Assembly (NCBI GenBank): GCA_018394315.1
Contig: CP074575.1
Location: 1,272,615-1,336,614, forward strand
Direction: 5' to 3'
DNA: 64,000 bases
Origin: Mycoplasmatota bacterium
GTDB lineage: Bacteria; Bacillota_I; Bacilli_A; MAG-NZ
Part shown: positions 9,834 to 18,836 of the stretch, one piece after another
Numbering within the stretch: the stretch's first letter is position 1
Layout of the letters: the number at the start of each line of letters is the position of its first letter
Program-made: the position numbers and the translations under genes
The notes under the pieces: model-generated
What the model was told of the DNA's origin: nothing
What the model saw: only the letters and a program-made list of their open reading frames with translations
Database searches by the model: none

Positions 9834-10958
9834 TTAATTTTTATTGTATATAAGTGGTTTGAATTCATTTCTTAATAGTAATTTATCATAGATTTCAGTT
9901 ACTCTTACTTCTATACTCATCATCATATTATTAATCTCACTTGCTTTACTAATAATTGGTGTCTTTATTTCCTTTTTATTTAAGTTTAAATATTTTCTAC
10001 CATTTTCATTCATAGCTAACACTCTAACATACGGAGCACCATTTAGTAAGTTTAGTTCAGAGTAATCATCTTTTTTAATATTGCACAAGATATTTATTAA
10101 AGTTCTTCTAATTCTATTATGTGTGTATCTCCTTGTATAAACTTTATTTAGAAATTCCTCAAAAGAACTCGCATGAATATACTTTTTGAACCTGTTTTCT
10201 ATTCCTTCCTCAACAAAAGCAATTTTTTCTAAATCTGGATCAGATATTATTTTATATTGAAGTAACTCATAGTAGTGATTCCAAGTGTATGTATTTCCTT
10301 TTAATGCCTCATAGGTATTTTTAGGTACATATTGAAATGGATCATCCATTAAACGAATTGCAGTTGCACTTGCGATTGAAGCATGGTCGCTATTTTTATC
10401 ATGATAGTTAGAATGTACTCTTTGTATTGTCTTCGGCTCTATGCTTGACTTTAACTTACTAATAGAGTTAATATATTGAATACCTAGATTATCATTTGAA
10501 GTGAATCTTCTTTTAGTTAAGTCATAAACAGTCTTGCCAGAAGCAGAGGGATAATTATTTCCCTCATCTAAATATTTTTTTATTCGAGTTTGAAATTCAA
10601 CAGTATTAAAGGTAGAAACGATTTCTTTTAAAGAATCTACATCATTTGACTCACTACCAAAATATAATTCTCTAATCTTTAGTTTGTTTAAAATATCAAT
10701 AGCACCGAATGCGAAGATATCAGCACTTTGAACCGAGTAAACAAAAGGTAGTTCAATAACTAAGTCAATCCCATTTTCAATTGCTAATCTTGCTCTATCC
10801 CACTTGTTGATTATAGCAGGTTCTCCGCGCTGGACAAAATTACCAGACATTACCGCTATAACACAATCTGCTTTTGACAATTTCTTCGCTTCATCTAGGT
10901 GATGCTTGTGTCCGTTGTGAAAAGGATTATATTCTACAATTACACCTATTGCTTTCAT
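9834..10958 (-). CDS. tmcAL: tRNA(Met) cytidine acetate ligase (YlbM family)
   Basis: GVIVEYNPFHNGH, VMSGNFVQRGEP, SATAIR; divergent from yceD-rpmF as in Bacilli. Confidence 0.92.
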   Translation of the reverse strand: MKAIGVIVEYNPFHNGHKHHLDEAKKLSKADCVIAVMSGNFVQRGEPAIINKWDRARLAIENGIDLVIELPFVYSVQSADIFAFGAIDILNKLKIRELYFGSESNDVDSLKEIVSTFNTVEFQTRIKKYLDEGNNYPSASGKTVYDLTKRRFTSNDNLGIQYINSISKLKSSIEPKTIQRVHSNYHDKNSDHASIASATAIRLMDDPFQYVPKNTYEALKGNTYTWNHYYELLQYKIISDPDLEKIAFVEEGIENRFKKYIHASSFEEFLNKVYTRRYTHNRIRRTLINILCNIKKDDYSELNLLNGAPYVRVLAMNENGRKYLNLNKKEIKTPIISKASEINNMMMSIEVRVTEIYDKLLLRNEFKPLIYNKN

Positions 10959-11037
10959 AAATAATCACCTCGAAGTATTAATAAAGTATCTAAATTGATG
11001 ATATCACAAAATGTTATTAACTGAAAGTAAGAAATGT

Positions 11038-11066
11038 TTGACAATAACACTATATAGTTGTATAAT
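11038..11066 (+). promoter_or_regulatory. sigma-A promoter for yceD-rpmF
   Basis: perfect TTGACA-N17-TATAAT. Confidence 0.85.
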
Positions 11067-11092
11067 TTATTTTGCGAATGAGGGTGATTTTT

Positions 11093-11542
11093 ATGAAGTG
11101 GACAACAATGCAGTTGAATAGATTCGTAAATCAGGAGTTCGTATTTGATGGGGATATGGATTTATCGAAAAGAGCTGAAAGTCATGACGATATTATCCGT
11201 ATTGAAAAAGTAAAAGTTATAGGTAAAATGAATATTGTTGACGATAGATACATTTTTGACATTTCTATCTCTACTATGCTTTATCTAGAATGTGCTATTA
11301 CTTTAGAAGAAGTTCCGTTCAAGATTAGTGAAAGTTTTACTGAAATATTTTCTGTTAATCCGATTGATGATGAAAATTTAATCAAAGGGATAACGGTAGA
11401 CCTTGAAGATGTTATTTGGTTAGATATATTATCGCTAATTCCAATGAGAGTAGTCAAAGAAGGCGTTAATAGTCCATTTAAGTCTAAGGTAGAAGAAGAT
11501 AAGAAAAACTTAGCTTTCAAAGATTTAGAAAAATATCTATAG
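11093..11542 (+). CDS. YceD/DUF177 family protein (YlbN)
   Basis: LECAITLEEVPF, IPMRVVK; directly upstream of rpmF; start at ATG after GGGTGA. Confidence 0.85.
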   Translation: MKWTTMQLNRFVNQEFVFDGDMDLSKRAESHDDIIRIEKVKVIGKMNIVDDRYIFDISISTMLYLECAITLEEVPFKISESFTEIFSVNPIDDENLIKGITVDLEDVIWLDILSLIPMRVVKEGVNSPFKSKVEEDKKNLAFKDLEKYL

Positions 11543-11556
11543 GAGGTGAGTAGAAA

Positions 11557-11748
11557 ATGGCAGTACCTTTTAGAAGAACATCGAAAACAAAGAAACGTAA
11601 AAGAAGAACTCATTTTAAAATTAGTGTACCAGGTATGGTAGTTTGTCCAAACTGTGGAGAAATGAAATTATCACATAGAGTATGTAAGGAATGTGGTCAT
11701 TACGCTGGGAGAGAAGTTAAAGTGGTTAAAACTGAAACTGAAGAATAG
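11557..11748 (+). CDS. rpmF: 50S ribosomal protein L32 (zinc-ribbon form)
   Basis: [24 protein letters not shown]...HRVCKECG. Confidence 0.98.
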   Translation: MAVPFRRTSKTKKRKRRTHFKISVPGMVVCPNCGEMKLSHRVCKECGHYAGREVKVVKTETEE

Positions 11749-11775
11749 AAAGCACTCTAGAGGAGTGCTTTTCTA
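11746..11775 (+). terminator. intrinsic terminator after rpmF
   Basis: AAAGCACTC-tagag-GAGTGCTTT hairpin. Confidence 0.75.
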
Positions 11776-11862
11776 TTTACAATAGTGAATTCAATGTTAA
11801 AATAGAGTTAATAAAATTTATGAAAGTAATAATATATTTTTAATATTATATTAGGTGATCTT

Positions 11863-12786
11863 ATGTATAGGCATATATCAGTATTATTAAATGAAGCTAT
11901 CGAGAATTTGAATATAAAGACAGATGGAATTTATGTAGATTGTACCTTAGGTGGAGGAGGGCATTCGTCTGAAATTCTCAAAAAGATAACTAATGGGCAC
12001 TTATATTGTTTTGATCAAGATGATTATGCAATTGAAGTTGCCAAAGAAAAGCTGAGTAAAATTTCTAATAACTATACAATTATTAGGAGTAACTTTGTAA
12101 ACATTAAGGAGAAATTGAAAGAGCTTGGAATAGAAAGGGTAGATGGCATTTTGTATGATTTAGGTGTTTCATCTTTCCATTTTGATATTCCTGAAAGAGG
12201 TTTTAGTTATCACTTAGAAGCAGAGCTTGATATGAGAATGGATCAAAATCAAGAAATTAGCGCTTTAACTATTGTGAATCAATATTCTTTAAGTGAATTA
12301 ATAAGTATCTTTTCTAAATATGGAGAAATAACATATTCTAAGAGGCTAGCGGAAGCTATTATAAAGGCTAGAAATGATAAAGTTATTAATACTACAAAGG
12401 AGTTTGTTGATATAATACTTAATGCTACTCCAGCCGCTATAAGAAGGAAAGGGCATCCCGCAAAAAAAGTTTTTCAAGCAATAAGGATAGCAGTAAACAA
12501 TGAATTAGATGTATTTCAAAAATCACTTGAAAGCTCGCTTAGTATTCTAAGATCTAAGGGAAGGGTTGTAGTTATTTCATTTCATTCTTTAGAAGATAGG
12601 ATAGCGAAAAGAACTTTTAATAATGCAGTCAAAGTAGATATACCGAAAGGACTTCCTATAAGGGAGGCTGAAATACCTAGAGAATATAAAATAATAACAA
12701 AGAAACCTATAATTCCTTCTATTGAGGAGATAAGTAATAATAGTAGAGCTCATTCAGCGAAATTAAGAGTTATAGAAAAATTATAA
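11863..12786 (+). CDS. rsmH: 16S rRNA m4C1402 methyltransferase
   Basis: HISVLL, VDCTLGGGGHS, DLGVSS, LDMRM, FQAIRIAVNNEL, SFHSLEDR. Confidence 0.97.
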   Translation: MYRHISVLLNEAIENLNIKTDGIYVDCTLGGGGHSSEILKKITNGHLYCFDQDDYAIEVAKEKLSKISNNYTIIRSNFVNIKEKLKELGIERVDGILYDLGVSSFHFDIPERGFSYHLEAELDMRMDQNQEISALTIVNQYSLSELISIFSKYGEITYSKRLAEAIIKARNDKVINTTKEFVDIILNATPAAIRRKGHPAKKVFQAIRIAVNNELDVFQKSLESSLSILRSKGRVVVISFHSLEDRIAKRTFNNAVKVDIPKGLPIREAEIPREYKIITKKPIIPSIEEISNNSRAHSAKLRVIEKL

Positions 12787-12790
12787 GAGA

Positions 12791-12811
12791 AGAGGACTTC
12801 GGTCCTTTTTT
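12791..12811 (+). terminator. intrinsic terminator between rsmH and spoVD
   Basis: AGAGGAC-TTCG-GTCCTTT with C(UUCG)G loop and T run. Confidence 0.8.
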
Positions 12812-12839
12812 CATATTCAAGGGATTTTTATCATAAATT
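12811..12839 (+). promoter_or_regulatory. candidate sigma-E promoter for spoVD-murE-mraY-murD
   Basis: TCATATT-N14-CATAAATT, matching the B. subtilis sigma-E consensus in both elements and spacing. Confidence 0.7.
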
Positions 12840-12854
12840 TAAGTGGTGATAAAA

Positions 12855-14762
12855 ATGAACAAGTTTACAATTCAGCGTAGGATTATGATGGTCATACTAT
12901 CAATCATCTTTCTTTTTTTATTAGTAATAATTAGGATGAGCTATCTACAGATAATTAAGGGACCAATGATTTCGGAGTTAGCTATTGATTTGTGGGAAAG
13001 AAGTATACCGATTGATGGTCAAAGAGGCAATATTTATGATAGAAACGGTGAATTAATAGTAGGTAATAAATTATCCCCTAGTGTAGCGGCAATTAATAGA
13101 CAAGTTTCTAATAAAGAAGAAACTGCGCTTTTCTTGGCGGGAGTGTTGAACACCTCGTATGAAAAAATATATGATCATTTAAATAAAAATGTATCTATAG
13201 AGTTGATTAAGCCAGAGGGTAGGAAAATATCCTCAGAACAAGCAAGAGAAATTGTAAGAGCGAATTATCCAGGAATTTATGTAGTAGGTGATACAGAAAG
13301 GTTTTACCCATATGATTCATACTTAGCTCAAGTGTTGGGCTTTACAGGAATTGATAATCAAGGGATAGCAGGGATAGAGTATTATTATGAAAACTTTCTA
13401 ATTGGAAAAGACGGCGGTTTAAAAATAGTCACTGACGCAAAAGGTAACTATATGCATGATATAGTTGGGAACTATGAGTATCCCAATAAGGGCTTAGATG
13501 TTTATCTAACAATAGATATTGGTGTACAAATGGTGATGGAAAGAGTCATTGAAAATGCAGTTGCTAGATACTCTCCTGAACAAATGTTAGGTTTAGCGAT
13601 GAACCCTAAAACTGGAGAAATATATGCAATGGCATCTTATCCGACTTTTGAACCTGGTAATTATCAATCTTATCCACAGGAGATATATAATAGAAATCTG
13701 CCTATATGGATGAGCTATGAACCAGGAAGTACTTTTAAGATTATTACTTACGCTGCTGGATTAGAAGAAGGAGTTTTTACTCTAGATGAGACTTTCAACG
13801 ATCCAGGATTTTATATGGTAGATGGAGCGAGATTAAAGGACTGGAAAAAAGGCGGACATGGAACACAAACATTTTTAGAAGTTATTCAAAACTCATGCAA
13901 CCCTGGATTTGTAGAGATAGGGTTAAGGATTGGTGAAGAGGCTTTTTTTAAATATGTTAACGATTTTGGATTTGGATCGAGAACAGGTGTTGATTTATTA
14001 GGAGAGTCAACAGGAATTGTTTTTAATCCTGAAGTGATCGGCCCTGTTGAGTTAGCAACTAGTGCTTTTGGACAGGGGAATTCTGTTACCCCAATTCAAC
14101 TTGTAACTGCAGCAAGTGCAGCTGTTAACGGTGGAATTCTGATGCAACCATATATTCTAGATAGTGTAGGGTATGGTGATATGGAAGAGATCGTTTTTAG
14201 AAATGAACCGACTGTTAAAAGGCAAGTTATCTCTAGTCAAACGTCAGACATAATAAGATATGCTCTTGAAAATGTTGTGGCTAAAGGAACAGGTCGCAAT
14301 GCTTTCATTGATGGATACAGGGTTGGGGGGAAAACTGGTACAGCACAAAAAGTAGGTCCTAATGGAACATATATGGATGGAAATTATATATTATCATTTC
14401 TAGGAATTGCACCGATGAATGATCCTGAATTAGTTGTTTATCTGGCAATTGATAATCCGAAAAATACAATTCAGTATGGTGGAGTTGTAGCTGCACCATT
14501 AGTTAAAGAAGTGCTTCAAGAGGCATTACCGCTACTCGGTATTGAAAAGCAAGACAACCAAATTGATAGAGAAGTAAGATTTTGGATAGATACCCCTTTC
14601 TATGATGTCAAAAATTATATTGGAATGAGTAAAAAGGACGTTAGTAGAAGCCCGTTTTATAATGTGGAAATCAAAGGTGATGGAGAAGAAATAGTTGCTC
14701 AAATTCCTATTCAAGGTGAGAGAATTTTAGAAGGAGGGACAATTGTTTTGTATACTAATTAA
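12855..14762 (+). CDS. spoVD: sporulation-specific class B penicillin-binding protein SpoVD
   Basis: RGNIYDRNG, YNRNLPIWMSYEPGSTFK, FLEVIQNSCNPGFVEIG, GPVELATSAFGQG, KTGTAQK; SpoVD-like rather than PBP2B-like. Confidence 0.88.
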   Translation: MNKFTIQRRIMMVILSIIFLFLLVIIRMSYLQIIKGPMISELAIDLWERSIPIDGQRGNIYDRNGELIVGNKLSPSVAAINRQVSNKEETALFLAGVLNTSYEKIYDHLNKNVSIELIKPEGRKISSEQAREIVRANYPGIYVVGDTERFYPYDSYLAQVLGFTGIDNQGIAGIEYYYENFLIGKDGGLKIVTDAKGNYMHDIVGNYEYPNKGLDVYLTIDIGVQMVMERVIENAVARYSPEQMLGLAMNPKTGEIYAMASYPTFEPGNYQSYPQEIYNRNLPIWMSYEPGSTFKIITYAAGLEEGVFTLDETFNDPGFYMVDGARLKDWKKGGHGTQTFLEVIQNSCNPGFVEIGLRIGEEAFFKYVNDFGFGSRTGVDLLGESTGIVFNPEVIGPVELATSAFGQGNSVTPIQLVTAASAAVNGGILMQPYILDSVGYGDMEEIVFRNEPTVKRQVISSQTSDIIRYALENVVAKGTGRNAFIDGYRVGGKTGTAQKVGPNGTYMDGNYILSFLGIAPMNDPELVVYLAIDNPKNTIQYGGVVAAPLVKEVLQEALPLLGIEKQDNQIDREVRFWIDTPFYDVKNYIGMSKKDVSRSPFYNVEIKGDGEEIVAQIPIQGERILEGGTIVLYTN

Positions 14763-14764
14763 TT

Positions 14765-16111
14765 ATGAAGTTAAGTAAAATATTAAAAAATCTCAGAATT
14801 CTTACTGAGGTAAAAAATCATAAAGTAACCGGGATTTATAATAATAGTAAAGAGTGCACATATAACTCAATTTTTATTGCATTAGGTGGCATTAATAATG
14901 ACGGTAATAATTTTATTGATGAGGCAATTAGAAATGGCGCTAAAACAATAATTACTGAAAAAGATATAAAGAAAGAAGTAAATGTTATAAGGGTTAAAAA
15001 TATAAAAGAAATAGAAGCAAAAGTTGCTAAGGTGTTTTATAAAGATTTATCTAGTAAAATTAAAATCATTGGTGTTACGGGTACGAATGGAAAAACATCT
15101 GTAACCACTCTTTTGCACAATTTCTTAAAACAATGGGGAAGTGTCTTAATTGGAACTAATGGTGCTTTTATAAATGATGAGTTTCATTCTTTAAGCAATA
15201 CTACTCCAGATATACTTACTACTTACAAATTCTTAAAAGAAGCAGTTACTAGACATTTCAGGTTTGCTGTAATGGAGGTATCATCTATAGGCATAAGTGA
15301 GTATAGAGTTCATGGATTAGCATTTGAATATACTATATATACTAATATTTCGCACGATCATTTGGATTATCATAAAACTACTCAGAATTATATAGAGGCA
15401 AAAAGAAAGCTATTAATTCAAACCAAAAGACATAATTTGATAAACAAAGATGATCATATCTTGTATAACTTTAGAGACTTTAGAAGTATTTATTATAGTT
15501 TGAATGAGGTTGAAGTATTAAGTGAAGAGCCATTAATTTTCAAGTTTAATGATTCAAGATATTATTCTAGATTATATGGTAAGTTTAACGTCTATAATAT
15601 AATGGCTTGTATTAAAATTTTGAGTCTAATGGGTATCAATCTAATAAAGTTTAAAGAGTATCTTAAAGACTTTAAGAAAATAGATGGAAGAATGAATGTT
15701 TATTCGGTCCAAGATAAAAAGATAGTAATTGATTATGCACATAGCCCAGGTGCTGTAAAGAATGTGTTAGAGACTTTTAAGGGTTGTGTAGTTATTGGGT
15801 GTGGTGGAGATAGAGATATTTTAAAAAGAAAGGTTATAGCAGAGATTTGTTTGGACAAAGCAGAGTTTAGTGTTTTTACATCAGATAACCCAAGAACGGA
15901 AAGTTTATATAAGATATTTAATGATATGACCTTTGGACTAAAGGGAGATTATTTGATTATACCTGATAGATATAGTGCGATTGAGTACGCAATCAAGAAC
16001 TTTAATACAATTCTTATTCTTGGTAAAGGGAATGAAGAATTCCAAGTTGTAGGGAATAAAAAAATCAGGTTTAGTGATTTGAAAGCTGTAAAGAGGATAC
16101 TTAAGGAGTGA
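14765..16111 (+). CDS. murE: UDP-MurNAc-tripeptide ligase, meso-DAP type
   Basis: GVTGTNGKTS, MEVSS, DHLDYH, DYAHSP, GCGGDRD, DNPR, GKGNE. Confidence 0.92.
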   Translation: MKLSKILKNLRILTEVKNHKVTGIYNNSKECTYNSIFIALGGINNDGNNFIDEAIRNGAKTIITEKDIKKEVNVIRVKNIKEIEAKVAKVFYKDLSSKIKIIGVTGTNGKTSVTTLLHNFLKQWGSVLIGTNGAFINDEFHSLSNTTPDILTTYKFLKEAVTRHFRFAVMEVSSIGISEYRVHGLAFEYTIYTNISHDHLDYHKTTQNYIEAKRKLLIQTKRHNLINKDDHILYNFRDFRSIYYSLNEVEVLSEEPLIFKFNDSRYYSRLYGKFNVYNIMACIKILSLMGINLIKFKEYLKDFKKIDGRMNVYSVQDKKIVIDYAHSPGAVKNVLETFKGCVVIGCGGDRDILKRKVIAEICLDKAEFSVFTSDNPRTESLYKIFNDMTFGLKGDYLIIPDRYSAIEYAIKNFNTILILGKGNEEFQVVGNKKIRFSDLKAVKRILKE

Positions 16112-16115
16112 TTAG

Positions 16116-17084
16116 ATGATAGTTATATTTACCTTTGTTTTTTCATTGATTGTTACAATTATTTTATTATTGCAATTAATTCCAAAATTAGAGCAACTTC
16201 GTTTTGGACAAATAGTACGCATAGAAGGACCTAAAAATCATTTGAAGAAGGGTGGAACTCCAACTATGGGTGGAATTGCATTTATAGTAGGATCACTTAT
16301 AGCCGTAGCAGTAATTTCTCTTATAAATGAATGGGAACATGAGCAGTACAAGGTTGCGATTCTCTTTTTTCTTCCTATGATTTTTTATGGTGTATTAGGA
16401 TTTGTTGACGATTACTTAGTAGCTATTCGTAGAAACAATATAGGAATAAAACCTAGTATGAAATTCTTCTTGCAAATTATGCTATCTGTATTATATTTCT
16501 ATATTTATCTATCCTTTGATATGGATACTGTAATAAGAGTTTCAAGTTATGAATTTGATTTAGTATGGGTTTATGGTATATTGATACTCTTAATGTTTAC
16601 ATCATCTTCTAATGCAGTTAATTTAACTGACGGATTAGATGGACTAGCAACAGGTTTAATGATTATCGCATTACTCGCATTTTCTACAATCGCATTTGAG
16701 ACAAACTATACTTTATTTATAATCATAATTAGCGTTATAGGTAGTTTAGTGGCATTTTTACTATTTAATAAAAATCCAGCGAAGATTTTTATGGGAGATA
16801 CTGGATCTTTAGCTTTAGGAGCAATACTAGCTGCAATTGCAATCATCTTGAAAAAGGAACTTTTGCTAATAGTTATAGGTGGGGTCTTTGTTATTGAAAC
16901 TTTATCCGTTATTTTGCAAGTCGCATACTTTAAAAAGACAAAGGGAAAAAGAATCTTTCTAATGTCTCCCTTGCATCATCACTTTGAACTAAAAGGGATG
17001 AAGGAGCATAGTGTAGTGGAGATGTTTTGGGTAATGGGATTTTTGTTTGCTATTCTAGGACTATATCTTAATGGGGCGATATAA
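16116..17084 (+). CDS. mraY: phospho-MurNAc-pentapeptide transferase
   Basis: KGGTPTMGG, GFVDDY, NAVNLTDGLDGLA, FMGDTGS, PLHHHFE. Confidence 0.96.
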   Translation: MIVIFTFVFSLIVTIILLLQLIPKLEQLRFGQIVRIEGPKNHLKKGGTPTMGGIAFIVGSLIAVAVISLINEWEHEQYKVAILFFLPMIFYGVLGFVDDYLVAIRRNNIGIKPSMKFFLQIMLSVLYFYIYLSFDMDTVIRVSSYEFDLVWVYGILILLMFTSSSNAVNLTDGLDGLATGLMIIALLAFSTIAFETNYTLFIIIISVIGSLVAFLLFNKNPAKIFMGDTGSLALGAILAAIAIILKKELLLIVIGGVFVIETLSVILQVAYFKKTKGKRIFLMSPLHHHFELKGMKEHSVVEMFWVMGFLFAILGLYLNGAI

Positions 17085-18193
17085 TGATTTTAATTTTAGG
17101 GAGTGGAGTTACTGGGAAAAGTGTTGCTAATTACTGCGAAAAACATAGTCTTGACTATACTTTTGATGAGACTAGTGATTATAGAGTAGTTGTTAAAAGC
17201 CCAGGAATAAAATATAACAACAGGATTGTAGTAGAAGCATTAAAAAAAGGAATAGAAGTAATTTCAGATATTGAATTAGCTTATAGATTACATAAAGCTT
17301 ATTACATAGGAATAACTGGAACAAATGGAAAAACTACTGTCGTATCTTTAATAAAGCACATATTTGAGGTAAACAATATAGATTGTGAAGCTGTTGGTAA
17401 TATTGGTAATCCAATTTTTGATCATTTGGACAAAAAAATATTAATAATAGAATTATCATCTTTTCAATTACTAGGGATAAAGGAATTCAAGCCAAACATA
17501 GCTTTAATAACTAATATTTCAAGAGCGCATATGGACTATCATGATTCTTATGAAGAGTACATAAATGCAAAGCATAGAATACACATGAATATGGAAAAGG
17601 ATAATGTGTTTGTCAACTCTAACATGAATAGTGATTTGAAGAGTTATAATGATAAGGTTATTGAATTCGAAAGTAGTTTAATAGGGGAACATAATAAAGA
17701 AAATATGCTAGCGGCTTATACTGTTGCTAAGTGCTATGGTTTAGAGCCTGAAAAGATCAAAGCTGCGATAAAAACATTTAAAGGATTAGAACATCGAATA
17801 GAAGAATTTATTCCAAATGTGTTTAATGATTCAAAGGCTACTAATCCAGTAAGTATGTTAAAAGCGATCGAGACCTTAGATGATGAATTAACATTAATAT
17901 GTGGAGGTCAGAATAGACACGAGGATTTTAGTGTGCTTATACCAGTTATAAACAAGATTAAACAAGTTATTTGTTATGGTGAGACAAAAAACATATTAGT
18001 AGATTTTTTTAGTAAGCATTCGGTTAATGTGTTGGGTGTAAATACTTTAACTCAAGCAGTACAAATAACAAAATTGATTAAAGAGCATAATCAAATCTTA
18101 TTTTCACCGGGATGCTCAAGTTTTGACCAGTTTAAAAGTTACCGAGATAGGGGTAAAAAATTTAAGAAACTTTTTGTTCAAAATATGTATTAA
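17084..18193 (+). CDS. murD: UDP-MurNAc-L-Ala:D-Glu ligase (short, 369 aa)
   Basis: KSPGI, GITGTNGKTT, GNIG, ELSSFQL, GLEHRIE, NDSKATN, SPGCSSFDQF. Confidence 0.92.
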   Translation: MILILGSGVTGKSVANYCEKHSLDYTFDETSDYRVVVKSPGIKYNNRIVVEALKKGIEVISDIELAYRLHKAYYIGITGTNGKTTVVSLIKHIFEVNNIDCEAVGNIGNPIFDHLDKKILIIELSSFQLLGIKEFKPNIALITNISRAHMDYHDSYEEYINAKHRIHMNMEKDNVFVNSNMNSDLKSYNDKVIEFESSLIGEHNKENMLAAYTVAKCYGLEPEKIKAAIKTFKGLEHRIEEFIPNVFNDSKATNPVSMLKAIETLDDELTLICGGQNRHEDFSVLIPVINKIKQVICYGETKNILVDFFSKHSVNVLGVNTLTQAVQITKLIKEHNQILFSPGCSSFDQFKSYRDRGKKFKKLFVQNMY

Positions 18194-18275
18194 AGTGCTA
18201 TAATATAGTGGAAAAGAAAGAATGAGATTAATTTTAGAAATATGAAAGAAGATATAATTAGTCTCAGGTGATACA

Positions 18276-18833
18276 ATGAACGTAATATTTGGGGGTGTCT
18301 TCAACCCACCAACCTTAGCACATTTTAAGGCTGCGGAAGAAATAAAGAAACGTTTTAATGTGAAGGAATTTATCTTTTTACCTGTTGGATTAAACTATGA
18401 ACTTAAAAATGTTTTAGAGGATGTTCACAGAGTAAATATGCTAAAAATAATGGCTAAACTGCTTGATGCAAAGGTTTCATTAATAGAAATAGAAAATGAT
18501 GAATTTTTAGGTACATATAGGACACTTAAAATGATGAATCTATCTGATTCTTATTTCTTGTTAGGATCAGACAATTTATATTCTCTTGAAAAATGGAAAA
18601 ATGCAGAGTTATTAATGGAAGAATTCCGTTTTATTGTTTTAAACAGGCAAGATAATATTCTAAAAGTTATTGAAGATAGTGAGTTTTTATCTAAATACAA
18701 GAATAGATTTACTATCATTAATGATTTTAACTATAATATTTCTTCAACAGAATATAGAAACAATTTTGATAACGAATTCTTGTTAGATGAGGTAGCAAAA
18801 TATATTAAAGATAATGGGTTGTATAGGAGGTAA
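18276..18833 (+). CDS. nadD: nicotinate-nucleotide adenylyltransferase
   Basis: FGGVFNPPTLAH, LLGSDNL, ISSTEYR; adjacent to nadE; TGnTATAAT extended -10 at 18196-18204. Confidence 0.88.
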   Translation: MNVIFGGVFNPPTLAHFKAAEEIKKRFNVKEFIFLPVGLNYELKNVLEDVHRVNMLKIMAKLLDAKVSLIEIENDEFLGTYRTLKMMNLSDSYFLLGSDNLYSLEKWKNAELLMEEFRFIVLNRQDNILKVIEDSEFLSKYKNRFTIINDFNYNISSTEYRNNFDNEFLLDEVAKYIKDNGLYRR

Positions 18834-18836
18834 ATT

